In this document: one piece after another, positions 1 through 10,259 of the stretch
How the letters are laid out: each line of letters opens with the position of its first letter
Numbering within the stretch: position 1 is the first letter of the stretch
Source: a virus
Lineage: Duplodnaviria; Caudoviricetes
DNA: 64,000 bases
Direction: 5' to 3' (one strand)
Virus record (IMG/VR): IMGVR_UViG_3300021400_001327
Location: 43,315-107,314 of that record
Program-made: the position numbers and the translations under genes
Notes under the pieces: model-generated
Databases searched by the model: none
Seen by the model: only the letters and a program-made list of their open reading frames with translations
Told to the model about the DNA's origin: nothing

Positions 1-637
1 AAGCATCCCTGATTTCCTTTGGATACCGGCGTAGCTTCTCCTCGGCTGGTTCATTACCGCTCAGCAGGAAGTATTCCAGATTGAACGACAGCACATATGA
101 CCCGTTCCGTATGCCAACGATGCGTGTGTAGTCGGGATCAAGGTAGATAACAGCGGCGTTCAGCAGCGTGTTCTGTTCGTTGATCTCGACGATGTTATTG
201 ACCTGCCAGTCGCTCAGCGTGGTCTCCGTGCTCAGCGGGCGCTTCCGCGTTTCAAAGTACGCGAAATACACGCCGTCGATCAGCGTATTGAAAAGCGCAT
301 CGCGAACGAGCTCCTTGTCCCGCACGATACGCAGTACGTCCTTGACGAGATTTTTATATTTCTGTTTCTTGTTCTTGCTGTCACCGTGCGCCACAAGCAC
401 ATGATTGAGCGTCGGCAATGCCGTACAATAGTCTATGACGTTAGTGACGACGCCGTTACAGGAGTACAGCGTCCTGCTGAGCTCTCTGATCTCGCGGTTG
501 AAAGTCATCGGCTCTTTGACGATTTCCTGTATCTTATCGATATCATACAGATCGAGGATATTGCATCCATACACCGGACGCCATGATACATTATCCCATC
601 GGGAACTGGCTTCATAGCTTGGGCTTTCCTCAGCCAT
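1..637 (-). CDS. Probable portal protein (SPbeta YonE-like), runs off the left edge
   Basis: ATG at 637 with GGAGGTGA RBS; frame MAEESPSYEASSRWDN... is open to the edge; lies directly downstream of the terminase. Confidence 0.7.
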   Translation of the reverse strand, partial: MAEESPSYEASSRWDNVSWRPVYGCNILDLYDIDKIQEIVKEPMTFNREIRELSRTLYSCNGVVTNVIDYCTALPTLNHVLVAHGDSKNKKQKYKNLVKDVLRIVRDKELVRDALFNTLIDGVYFAYFETRKRPLSTETTLSDWQVNNIVEINEQNTLLNAAVIYLDPDYTRIVGIRNGSYVLSFNLEYFLLSGNEPAEEKLRRYPKEIRDA

Positions 638-651
638 CGGCGCTCACCTCC

Positions 652-2421
652 TTAATTGACATATACATGGTATTCATACTGACTTGATGTAGACAGAAAG
701 TCGTGCTCAAGCAGGGATGCAAAGTAAACGCCATAGCTGACAGACGTGTATCTGTCCTTGGTGTTGTTCCCTTGCTCCGATATCCTGATGATACCGGTGT
801 CCGGCATTCTGTCATAAGTCAGACTGATCATTTCATTGATAAGGGCTCGCGTCTCGATGAACGGTCCCTCATAGAACATCTGTGTATCGAGGTCAATGGC
901 GTCAGCGTATCCCTTGACCTTCGGTAATATATCGTCGACCGCTACGTCGTACTGAGCCAGCAGGTGCATCCTGTGCTCGACGAACTCACGCCGCGTGACC
1001 TGCGCAATCTCACTGTTGATCCTTGATGAGGCGTTGACGGCAAACAACACCTCCATCGCGCCCTCAACGCGGACACGATTGGCTGTGTTCTCGTCATTCA
1101 TGCATTTGAAGGCAGGCATCTCGGTCTGTGAGCTCTCATCATAGGTCGGTCTGGCCAGCATGTCGTATACTGCCACGCCGCCGTTCCGCATATCCAGCAC
1201 CACATAGTCACAGCCTGTATCAAAGAAGACAGTCTTGATCCTTTTGGCTTGCTCCATCGTGTCGCCGCCATGAATGTGCTCCATATAGACGACATGCTTC
1301 TGATATGCCATACTCCCGTTCTCGAAGTATTCCGGTAATAGCCTGATAACAGAAAACACAGAGTTGTCGTTGTTCTTCTTGTCGACGAACGCCATATCAC
1401 ACGACAGAATCCTGATCTCGCCGTCCTGATGCTTCAGCGTCTCGCCTCTCTTAATCTGGTTGTAGCTGTCCTTGCGCGGGTAGATGGGCGGCTGCTGTAT
1501 CGTCTGCGCCGCCGCGAGCATCTCATAGTCGAAGTAGGCGTTCTCGTTCTCGCCGACCATGATATTTTCGCTCTCGATTAACCAGGTGGTCGGGTCGTCC
1601 CTGCGCTTGTCCTTAATCAGCTGATTCCGTGTTTTGATTTTATGGTACAGTGTGATGACGTAATCGAACGCCAGCAACGAGTACCGCATGTTTCCATGCG
1701 CTACCTGCTGGGCGGTATCCCTGATTGTCTTCCACATCCAGTGCGATCTGTACCACGCGGACGATATATAGATGGTCTTGCTCTCTTCTGGCTCGATGTC
1801 CTTATACTCTGGAAGGTCCTTGTACGGCGCGTTGCGCACATGCTGGAATTTACTCAAGACAGAGTCGATGATGAACTTTTTGATCATGCGGCACTCTTCC
1901 AGTATCAGGATAGTCGAGCGGTAGCCACGGGCGTTATCGTTGCCGACGACGACTACAATAGAGCTCTCGTTTCTGAACAGCACCTCGATATCGTCGCCCC
2001 GCGTCTTGATCGATTTGATTTCAGCGCGGAGGTTAGGCGATACCGGCATAAGCTCCTTCTCTATCTTTTCAGACACGATGAGCTTCGCCTGCTTCAGCGT
2101 GCCAGATGCGATAACGATTTGGCTCTTCGGTCTGAGGATGGCTTCGCAACAGGCGAAGATAGCCAGTACATAAGACTTGGATGTGGCGCGGGCGGCAATA
2201 CACATTGACTCGTCCGCGTTGCCGAGCTCGTACAGCATCATCCGCTGGTATGGGTACAGCTTGAGCCCGAGGTAGTGTTCAGCGAACCGGTGGATATTAT
2301 GCCGGTAGAAGTCACACCAATCGATCAGAGCGTTGACGTGCTCCTGATCGCTCAGCCACCCGTCCTCGAAACGCTCAGCCAAAGCCCTCTGGTTTTTATC
2401 GAGCAATCGTTCGTTAGCCAT
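652..2421 (-). CDS. terL: Terminase large subunit
   Basis: Walker A-like AARATSKS, Walker B LILEECR, nuclease SCDMA and C-terminal KDRYTSVSY; likely start MANERL at 2421 after GGAGG. Confidence 0.9.
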   Translation of the reverse strand: MANERLLDKNQRALAERFEDGWLSDQEHVNALIDWCDFYRHNIHRFAEHYLGLKLYPYQRMMLYELGNADESMCIAARATSKSYVLAIFACCEAILRPKSQIVIASGTLKQAKLIVSEKIEKELMPVSPNLRAEIKSIKTRGDDIEVLFRNESSIVVVVGNDNARGYRSTILILEECRMIKKFIIDSVLSKFQHVRNAPYKDLPEYKDIEPEESKTIYISSAWYRSHWMWKTIRDTAQQVAHGNMRYSLLAFDYVITLYHKIKTRNQLIKDKRRDDPTTWLIESENIMVGENENAYFDYEMLAAAQTIQQPPIYPRKDSYNQIKRGETLKHQDGEIRILSCDMAFVDKKNNDNSVFSVIRLLPEYFENGSMAYQKHVVYMEHIHGGDTMEQAKRIKTVFFDTGCDYVVLDMRNGGVAVYDMLARPTYDESSQTEMPAFKCMNDENTANRVRVEGAMEVLFAVNASSRINSEIAQVTRREFVEHRMHLLAQYDVAVDDILPKVKGYADAIDLDTQMFYEGPFIETRALINEMISLTYDRMPDTGIIRISEQGNNTKDRYTSVSYGVYFASLLEHDFLSTSSQYEYHVYVN

Positions 2422-3454
2422 CGTCGTCGCCTCCGATGCTATCGAACGCCGCCGCCTCCTCGTCGGTGATAGAGAGCTCATCGTCCACCTTCTGAGACGC
2501 CCTATTCAGCAGGTTCATCGTCGGGCGCCGCACGAAGCGGTCATAGTACGTTCCCTGCTTATCGACGTCCTTGTACGGCGTGTTCTTAACATACTGGGCT
2601 GGCGTATATTTCTCGATATATCCCAACAGTACACCGATCGGCGGGACGTCGTTGTCGTCCTTGGGGTTAACGACAGAGTCGAAGCCGCTCTCGGCGATAG
2701 ACTTTCGCAGGGCGGAAGACAGCGCCGAAGCATTGGGCTTGTCATTCTTGATAGCCTCCATGCATCGGTATTCAAGTGCGGCCAGAAAGCGGGCGCTCTT
2801 CAACTGACCAGCGGTGGCCGTATCACCCAATGGGTCGATATAGCCACGGTAGATTCTGTACATATAGCCGTACGCCTTTTCCTCAAAGCCCTCGCCAAAA
2901 ATATTGACAGCCCTGCTGAGGTCGTCCGTCGATAAACCGGCGTCGGCCAAAGTGACGACATTTCCGCCCCCAGAATACACACGGTCGCCCTCATCCTGAA
3001 GTGTGTCGTCAAAAGATTTATTGATAGAGGATACACTCATCCGAATACGGTGAAGGTATTCCTCCATCCCTTGTTTTTCCGGCAATATGCGGTCCATGAT
3101 TTTCGGATCATAATACGCGTCGATCCACTCACAGGTTCGACGAACAGCCTTCTGCATATCACCAGAATACATCTCCATGTGGTCGTTGAAGAATTTTTCG
3201 ATGCAGTCCATACACACGGCTGTGTAACTGTAATTGCCCGCGTATGTGCTCGATCCAACCTGCGGGAAATATGTCCTCTGCATGGGATATGTTTTCCCGC
3301 ACATCGGACATTTGGTCGGCACATCAGGGACTTTAGGTTTCTCTCGTGGCGGCGGAGACTTGTCTTTGTTCGCCGCCGCGCCTTGTCCCTTGTTGCGCGT
3401 CCTTTTCTCCTTCACGATCACCTGTTCTTTGATTACAACTGGTATCGCTGGCAT
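2414..3454 (-). CDS. Zn-finger protein upstream of terminase (YonG-like, possible small terminase subunit)
   Basis: CPMC...CMDC; position immediately before terL. Confidence 0.55.
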   Translation of the reverse strand: MPAIPVVIKEQVIVKEKRTRNKGQGAAANKDKSPPPREKPKVPDVPTKCPMCGKTYPMQRTYFPQVGSSTYAGNYSYTAVCMDCIEKFFNDHMEMYSGDMQKAVRRTCEWIDAYYDPKIMDRILPEKQGMEEYLHRIRMSVSSINKSFDDTLQDEGDRVYSGGGNVVTLADAGLSTDDLSRAVNIFGEGFEEKAYGYMYRIYRGYIDPLGDTATAGQLKSARFLAALEYRCMEAIKNDKPNASALSSALRKSIAESGFDSVVNPKDDNDVPPIGVLLGYIEKYTPAQYVKNTPYKDVDKQGTYYDRFVRRPTMNLLNRASQKVDDELSITDEEAAAFDSIGGDDDG

Positions 3455-3602
3455 CTTTCAACATTCCTTTATTCCCAAAAATACAAAAACCCCGTGGGCG
3501 CAAAGACCCACGGGACCCACTACAATCGCATTAAGGCAGCGAAACGCCATATGTTACGGCTCGCTGGCATAAGCCACCAACAGCGGCGCAGCCTGTAACT
3601 TC

Positions 3603-4838
3603 TTAGTCATCGTCTTCTTCCTCCGCGTACTCGTTGTGATCGAGCGTCACATTATATATACACTCCACTGTCCGACGGTTCGACGTGATGACCACCGTCT
3701 GCTCCACCGGCGCGAACAGACGCTTGTTGAAAGCGTAGCTGTCGGCGCCAGACAGGCATCCACACTGAATCACTCTCGTCTTTCCGATAGTGTTATAAGC
3801 GCTGTGGTGCATATGCCCCATCAGGATAATATCGGGGATGCGTCCGTAAATCTGCGTCATGTTTCCGGCGACCTTATCCATGCTGTCGAGGTCACCATGC
3901 ACGATGACCACGTCACGTCCGGCCTTCGTTTTGAATAGCTGGTTATAATGGTACGATGCGTCACCGCTCGGCATAACCAGTATACGGCTGTTGCTCGCAG
4001 TCGCGGCCTCCAGATAAAACGGGATCAGGTCATCAAGGTTGTCGCCAGGGATATTATCCTCTTTGTTCGAGTTGACCCTGCTGTGGTTGCCGCTGACGCT
4101 ATAGATGTAGATTTGCCCGAAGACGCCGCTCAGTTGATAGAGAAACCAGCTGATCTCGCGGCATACGAACTTGATTTGCTGGACAGTGTTCATGTTGTTC
4201 GTAGCGGTGATTGAGGCATGGATACTGCCACTGATCTGGTCGCCCAGAAGGCAGAGATGACATACACCAATATGATGCCGCTCCTGTATCTCCTTGAGAT
4301 TTTCGAGATACTCGGCCAGCCTGTTATGCAGTACACTGTGGTCATAGTCATTCATCAGATTGCTGGCCGTAACGCCGACATGCATGTCAGACAGACACAC
4401 GATAGCTTCACAGTCCGTGTCGCCCTTATGTTTCGGCTCCATGACCTTTACAGGACACTGCTCTACCAGCACGTCTCTGAGCGCGTCCATGAATGACTCC
4501 TTGCGGGCTTCCTCGCGAAGCTGGCGGTTGAACTGGTTGCGCTCGTCTCTGAGGCGGGTGCGCTCCTTATACAGTTCCTGTTTTGCCTCGCGAAGCTCCC
4601 GGACGAGCTCATCCTCCCCTTTGTTGGCGAAGACCTCGTTATAGTATGTCATCGCCTGAGTATATGGTTTCCGGTACGTTGCGCTGTCGAAATGACAGCC
4701 AAGCTGGTCGTTCAGGACATCTGTGAGCTCATCCCATGTCATGTCGAGTTCGCCGTGGTCCTTCATGGTGGCCAGCCTGTAGATATATTGTATCCGGCTT
4801 TCCTCATCTCTTTTCTTCAATTCCTGTTCCAATCTCAT
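3603..4838 (-). CDS. Calcineurin-like metallophosphoesterase with N-terminal coiled coil
   Basis: Motifs SDMH, LGD, GNH, HGD, GHMH. Confidence 0.85.
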   Translation of the reverse strand: MRLEQELKKRDEESRIQYIYRLATMKDHGELDMTWDELTDVLNDQLGCHFDSATYRKPYTQAMTYYNEVFANKGEDELVRELREAKQELYKERTRLRDERNQFNRQLREEARKESFMDALRDVLVEQCPVKVMEPKHKGDTDCEAIVCLSDMHVGVTASNLMNDYDHSVLHNRLAEYLENLKEIQERHHIGVCHLCLLGDQISGSIHASITATNNMNTVQQIKFVCREISWFLYQLSGVFGQIYIYSVSGNHSRVNSNKEDNIPGDNLDDLIPFYLEAATASNSRILVMPSGDASYHYNQLFKTKAGRDVVIVHGDLDSMDKVAGNMTQIYGRIPDIILMGHMHHSAYNTIGKTRVIQCGCLSGADSYAFNKRLFAPVEQTVVITSNRRTVECIYNVTLDHNEYAEEEDDD

Positions 4839-5589
4839 CGCTCCTCGAATATATATCATCAGCCCACTCGGCGACCTGGCCGCGCCGCGACTTGGTCAAC
4901 TGTGTATAATCACACAGGTCTGGCCGCTTCATAAAATGCTCTATATATGGCACAAAACCGCTGAGACGTTTGTTTGGCAGGTCGATTTGCTCGCGATGGC
5001 CGATGACCACCACAAGGCTATTGTCGAACACACGCGTCAGCAAAAGCCGCATTTCGTCTACCGTGGCGTTCTGCGCCTCGTCGATGATAACGATGGCCCT
5101 GTTGTCCGGGTCATTACTGCCGAGGTTGCACCCACGCATATACATCTGCCCACTACAATAGATAGGGTTGTCGATGGCTGTCTCTTCGTCGATGTCGCCA
5201 TAGCATATCTTCCTGTCGGGGCTGAGACCGGCAGTGATAAGCGCTTGCTCCACAGGGATGAAGTACGGCTTCGTCTTCTCCAGAAGACCCGGCCTGTATC
5301 CTACCTTTGATTCAGCAGAGCCGCCCATTGCGCGGATGTAATAGGTTTTGTTGGCAAGTCCGTAGTCCATAGCGATCACAGCCAGCAGTACTGCCAGCGT
5401 AGTCTTACCAGACCCGCTCTTGCCTTCAACAAAAACCACCTTCCCGTTTTTGGCGCCCCGCCACATCAGATCAACATAGTGGCGCTGCTCATCGTTCATG
5501 CTCTTTGCGAGCCCGAAGAATGGTGAGTCCTCGAGCGTTTCCGGCGGTGCCTCGCGTTCTGCGGGACGTGTACTCTTTCTTGTTGCCAA
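4804..5589 (-). CDS. phoH: PhoH-family ATPase
   Basis: GKSGSGKT, YMRG, IIDEAQN, LLTR...GHREQID. Confidence 0.9.
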   Translation of the reverse strand: MATRKSTRPAEREAPPETLEDSPFFGLAKSMNDEQRHYVDLMWRGAKNGKVVFVEGKSGSGKTTLAVLLAVIAMDYGLANKTYYIRAMGGSAESKVGYRPGLLEKTKPYFIPVEQALITAGLSPDRKICYGDIDEETAIDNPIYCSGQMYMRGCNLGSNDPDNRAIVIIDEAQNATVDEMRLLLTRVFDNSLVVVIGHREQIDLPNKRLSGFVPYIEHFMKRPDLCDYTQLTKSRRGQVAEWADDIYSRSDEIGTGIEEKR

Positions 5590-5616
5590 GCGGTCTCCAC
5601 ATCCTTTCGTAAAAGA

Positions 5617-6291
5617 TCAGAAGATAATATCTTCAACCTTTGTGATGATGGCATCAGCAATACCGCAGTCAACGGCCTCAGCAGAACTCATATATGTATC
5701 TGTCTGCATAAACCGTTCCACATTAACACGCGGTATCTTCGTGCGGTCAACAACCATATCAACCATATCGACGACCTGCATATCCCACTGCTTCATGCTG
5801 TTATGCGCAGACCTGTGGTCCATACTCATGCCATCCACAGACCCGCGATGCATCATGAACCAGCTATGCTTCGTCGCGAAGCGCTTGTGGCAGGCCAGAT
5901 AGATAAAGAACGCCGCGCTGTAAGCGATACCGAAGTTGATACCATAGACAGGCGTGGTGCTCATTTGAATGGCGTCATACAACTGCATACAGGCATCGAG
6001 CTCTCCGCCGTGTGAGTTGATCATGATACAGATAGGCAGGCGCTTGTCCACCGGCGTTTCTGTGTCATCACGATTCCACTGGATGATGCGCCGCACGATT
6101 TTCGTGGCGCCCTCTACATCGATATCGTCGTCGATCCACACGATACGGTTCATGTCGTCCTGCATGGCTTGCAACTCATCAGGTCCCGGCACTGAGCCAA
6201 GATTGCCATCGCAGTCACAATCGTCGAGTACGATCCCCATCTCTTTGGCTTGTTCCTCAGTGATATACTGAATGTTTTCCTCACTTTTCAT
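5617..6291 (-). CDS. clpP: ClpP-like serine protease
   Basis: INSHGG, AYSAA (Ser), FMMH (His), TDTYMS (Asp). Confidence 0.9.
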   Translation of the reverse strand: MKSEENIQYITEEQAKEMGIVLDDCDCDGNLGSVPGPDELQAMQDDMNRIVWIDDDIDVEGATKIVRRIIQWNRDDTETPVDKRLPICIMINSHGGELDACMQLYDAIQMSTTPVYGINFGIAYSAAFFIYLACHKRFATKHSWFMMHRGSVDGMSMDHRSAHNSMKQWDMQVVDMVDMVVDRTKIPRVNVERFMQTDTYMSSAEAVDCGIADAIITKVEDIIF

Positions 6292-6457
6292 ACTGCCGCT
6301 TCTCCTTCTCAAAATTCTTCAGCGCGTTCAGCACCTTCATGCTCTCCTCCACATAATACCTGTGGCGTTGGCTATGGGCTTTCATCGTTCTGACAATGTT
6401 GAGATTGGGGAATCGACCTCTCAAATATTCCGCTTCTTCTTTGCCGATAAGTACCAT
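6281..6457 (-). CDS. Small hypothetical protein
   Basis: MVLIGKEEAE..., AAGGAG RBS. Confidence 0.7.
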   Translation of the reverse strand: MVLIGKEEAEYLRGRFPNLNIVRTMKAHSQRHRYYVEESMKVLNALKNFEKEKRQYEK

Positions 6458-6484
6458 ACAAAGAACTCCTTCACGTAAATTCCC

Positions 6485-6532
6485 GATACAGATCGGGTGA
6501 TACAACTATGATGATACAAGTTGGCCGATACA
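6485..6532 (-). promoter_or_regulatory. Four TGTATC boxes with exact 14-bp period upstream of the ClpP-terminase block
   Basis: GATACA on + strand at 6485, 6499, 6513, 6527. Confidence 0.6.
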
Positions 6533-6568
6533 TAATTATATATCATAGTTTCCTATAACACGACGAAA

Positions 6569-7198
6569 TCAGCGAGAACCAAGACGCAGAGCCGCATACA
6601 GCGCCTCGATGTCGTTGTCGATAAGTTCGTGCTCTCCTGTATTTTTATATGGCACAAGCAGTTTGAAGCATGACACAGAGCGGCGATATTTTGAGAAACG
6701 ACCAGCGGCCTTGCCTTTGTCTGTATCTACCTTTGCGATGTATTGCCACTCGCACAGGCGGCGGATATTGCGCCCGCGAACGTTGGCGCCTTTCATATCC
6801 AGCCAATTAGCCAGTTGCTCGGTTGACGCCTGAAACACCCCACGCCTGTCAGCGAACGCCTTTGCATTGCACAACAGGGCAAGCGCCACCTTCCTGTCTG
6901 TCTCTGTCGGCGCATGGTCCACGATATTCTGGGCGTCTGTCTCTGATACGAACACACGACAGCCACTGTGAAGCTCGGCTTCATTGATGTACGCAGCGTT
7001 GACGCACTGAAGGAGATTCAGCCCGTTCGTCTTGTGGCCATTCAGCCAATCACGAATAAAGGAGACGGCGTCCACTGGGGACTCGCCGTCTGCCTTCATC
7101 AGCTTGGATATCATATAACATGCCCGATACAGCCGACTCTGCTCCTCTGGCGGCTGTCCAGACATATACTTCTTAACTTCCGCGACCTCGTCAATCAT
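6569..7198 (-). CDS. Hypothetical protein downstream of RNAP, possible C-terminal winged HTH
   Basis: Open frame overlapping the RNAP stop; STEQLANWLDM...IRRLCEWQYI. Confidence 0.6.
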   Translation of the reverse strand: MIDEVAEVKKYMSGQPPEEQSRLYRACYMISKLMKADGESPVDAVSFIRDWLNGHKTNGLNLLQCVNAAYINEAELHSGCRVFVSETDAQNIVDHAPTETDRKVALALLCNAKAFADRRGVFQASTEQLANWLDMKGANVRGRNIRRLCEWQYIAKVDTDKGKAAGRFSKYRRSVSCFKLLVPYKNTGEHELIDNDIEALYAALRLGSR

Positions 7199-8180
7199 CG
7201 TCATCCTCCAGAAAATCAAAGATGCCCGGTTCAAGCGAGATGTCCATCTCGTCACTGTTCATCGGGACCATCGTGTAGTGACGCCCAAGATAGCTGAGCT
7301 CGCCATCATCATCGCGCTTTGGCACCATGATGCCAGCCTGCGGCTTCACGTTCGCCACGACACCGTCCGGCGCCACGACCCAAGGGAACTTCCTTCCGCG
7401 CCCTTTGTACACCTCATGCACGAGCTTTGTAGCAATATTGGCCAGCACCCGCTGGTCATCACAAACCTCAGCGCACAGCTTCCTATACTTCTGATACAGC
7501 GCGTCCCAGTCGGCGATGAAGGTAGTCGCCTCGTACTTCGTAAACTGCTGTCTGATCTCACGGTCAGAGTACCGCCTGACTTTCGTCTGGTATTTCTGGA
7601 GCTCGTTCGTCTCCTTGCAGAAGTCTTTGAATATCTTGGCCACCGCGTCGAACTGCTCTTGTGTGTAGGCAATGCTCTCGTCGCACATCACACTGTAGTC
7701 GAATCGCTCCTTCCGCCGCCACTTAAGCTCACGTTCCCATTTCTCGAGCTCACGGCAGAGGCGGTTCATATTGCTCGGCGCTTTTGAAAGTTCCATCCTT
7801 GCGTAGTACGGCGACCGATACCGCATAAAATACGGGAGGGGTCTGCCCCACTTACTGATTACGCGGGGCATTGAATAAAGGACGCCGGTTTTTGCGTAAT
7901 CGATGCTCTTCCCGACGATGGTACTGATAATGTCCTCATACTTCTCGTACCGCTCCTTCTGCTCATCTGTCTTCGGGCAGCGGTTCAGATATACACTCGC
8001 GTAGTTGCTGTACTCGCCAATCATATTCTTTGTTGTTCTGGTCAACAGCAGGACGCGACCGGCGGCGTCGTTGTTTTCCTTCAGGGCTGTGACCTTGTCT
8101 TCCATGTCGATAACGATAGTGGCGTTTTTGTCCGACCCGTCCAGGAAGAGCGGGTTGTCATTGACCAGTACGATATCACC
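7191..8180 (-). CDS. yonO: YonO-like RNA polymerase, exon 2
   Basis: Begins GDIVLV, completing DFDGD after splicing; IGEYSN and SIDYAKTG motifs of RdRP-like/YonO polymerases. Confidence 0.85.
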   Translation of the reverse strand, partial: GDIVLVNDNPLFLDGSDKNATIVIDMEDKVTALKENNDAAGRVLLLTRTTKNMIGEYSNYASVYLNRCPKTDEQKERYEKYEDIISTIVGKSIDYAKTGVLYSMPRVISKWGRPLPYFMRYRSPYYARMELSKAPSNMNRLCRELEKWERELKWRRKERFDYSVMCDESIAYTQEQFDAVAKIFKDFCKETNELQKYQTKVRRYSDREIRQQFTKYEATTFIADWDALYQKYRKLCAEVCDDQRVLANIATKLVHEVYKGRGRKFPWVVAPDGVVANVKPQAGIMVPKRDDDGELSYLGRHYTMVPMNSDEMDISLEPGIFDFLEDDDD

Positions 8181-8474
8181 CATAACCCACCGGCTTTCGC
8201 CGATGGCCGGACTATTTCTTTACCCATTGCTGGGCAGCTGGCACTTCGCCGACTGGAGTTTCACCAGCCAGCTACTCCTTACGGATAGTCTCTACACCTT
8301 CCTCTCACGAGGCTTGGCACGGCATTGTCCTGCGCTCATGCGTTTAGAGTTTTGCCGTTAGCCGACCCAAAAGTCCATATATTATTGATAGTGGTCATTT
8401 GGTCCGACACCCCAGTTGTCTGGGTTCACCAGCTTTTCATCATCACGTTACCGTGATGCGCGACAGTGTTACTT
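8181..8474 (-). ncRNA. Group I intron (294 nt, no ORF) in RNA polymerase gene
   Basis: Exon ends in U and CGAU pairs with intron GUCG; intron ends in G; P7 elements GAGACUA and AAGAAAUAGUCC; P3 GCUGG/CCAGC; removal restores A-D-F-D-G-D in frame. Confidence 0.9.
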
Positions 8475-10016
8475 ATCGAAATCCGCACCGTTCAATCTCT
8501 GCGCCACTAAGCTCTTTATGTTCAGCATAGCCACATTTGTCAGGTGGCCGCACCATTTCCAAATCTCGTCCGCGTTATTCACTCGGAGCACTACGTTCTC
8601 GCTCCGGCAGATGTGCGGGTTTCTTGTCACGACGTATTCCCCGTCGTACGTGATGCCCTTGCCTTTCGTCCAGAACTCATCGGCGCCGAGACAGCCGACA
8701 ACCGGAAGTCCGCCAATGTGTTCCGCAAACGCGATCAGGTCTGGGGCGATAAACTTGAAGCATGACTTAATGTACAGCTTACCGCACTTCATATCGTTGA
8801 TAAACTTGTCCAGCAGGGACATGATGTATTTGTTCACTGTTGGCTCTTTCATCATGGCGTCGTTCTTAGCAATCGCCGCCACGTACGCGTTCAGCGCGTT
8901 GCACTTCCCGTCTACGATACCAAGGAAGCATTTGGTAAAAAGCTCGTCTCCGCTAACGATGCGCTCAATCCACCTCGCAGACTGGTGGGCCAAGGTCTTG
9001 AAGTCCTCATAGGGCAGGTCCAGCGTCTGCAAGACCTGATAATTGCTCCGTGTGTACACCGGCTCTTCCTCTTCGGTGAAGTTGGCGCGGGCAATAGAAA
9101 TACAGTGTTCGTATTTATAGAACGCATCCCAGTACCGTTGCCAGTCCCTTGCGTCGCCGTACTGCTTGAAGTAGCCGAGCCCCTTGTACATGCTCTCGCT
9201 CAGGATGATCATCTCTTCGTGGATGCTGTGCTTCTGCCCCCACAGGTCCTCAATATACTCGACGCCGCGCTCCTCGTAGAAGCCCTCGTAGTCGAAGACG
9301 TGAAGACACCCTTTAATGAACGGCTGCCTGTAGATGACGGTGGTGATGGGCGTTGTGCTGTTGGTCAGCGTCTCCATCCAGTGAGCCACGTTCTTATGCA
9401 TGATGCCAACACCATCGAACGCGTTGATCTCGTAGTCGAACACGCCCTCGGCGATGTCCTTCTGCGTAAAGTTGAACTCTTTGCCTTCAGAGTTCGTGTA
9501 CGTGGTCACCTTATCAACAAGGTGTTTGATGCGCTGGTTCTTGATGGTCGTCATCATGTCCGGCACAACGATCATCTTCGGCACATAGTTCTCGATGCAG
9601 TGTGCTGATGAAAGCGCGAGCCCGCGATAGGCGTACCACTTGCTCAGTACCGTCTTGTCGATTTTCAGCCCCATCGTCACGCGCTCTGTGAGCTCGTCCG
9701 CTATCGAGGCATCGACCATCGACAGTACGCCCTGGCGCACCATAGACGCGCTGCGCTCGCCGAGCACGAACGGTCGCCCGCGTATCTTGATACCCTCCAG
9801 CGCAAGCCGCGACAGTGTAACAGCGATATCCTTGTGGTAGTTAATGTCCACGAAGATGATATACGGGTTGTACTTCGACGTCACGCCGGTGATGCGCCTG
9901 ATCTGTCTCAGGTACTGGCTGTCGGCCTGCTTGATGAAATACTTCTTCTCTTCCTCTGGCGAGATATCCAGACTGAAATCTGCCTTTACGATCGTACGCA
10001 GATCAATCGAGCGCAC
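8475..10016 (-). CDS. yonO: YonO-like single-subunit DNA-dependent RNA polymerase, exon 1
   Basis: RSASMVR, FDGVG, RQPFIKG, TRNPH, QRLNGADFD; true start may be ATA at 10040. Confidence 0.85.
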
Positions 10017-10058
10017 GATATACTGCTTAGGCGCCTGTATGTTGCAACACCGCCCTTC

Positions 10059-10259
10059 TTAATCTTCTTCGAGCTCCCGTATGCTGAAGCCCGCCTGAGC
10101 CCATGTCTCTTCCCTCGCTACCTCATAGGCGCGTTCTGGAGACTCGAACTCATCATCGTAGTCATTTGGGTAATAATAGCCGCAGTACTGCTCGCCTTCC
10201 TTCCCGCAACCCGTCAGCCGCCAGTAACAGGTCGCGCATGAATACTTTGATTTGATCAA
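10059..10259 (-). CDS. Cys-rich hypothetical protein
   Basis: ORF in operon, CxxC. Confidence 0.6.
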   Translation of the reverse strand: MIKSKYSCATCYWRLTGCGKEGEQYCGYYYPNDYDDEFESPERAYEVAREETWAQAGFSIRELEED

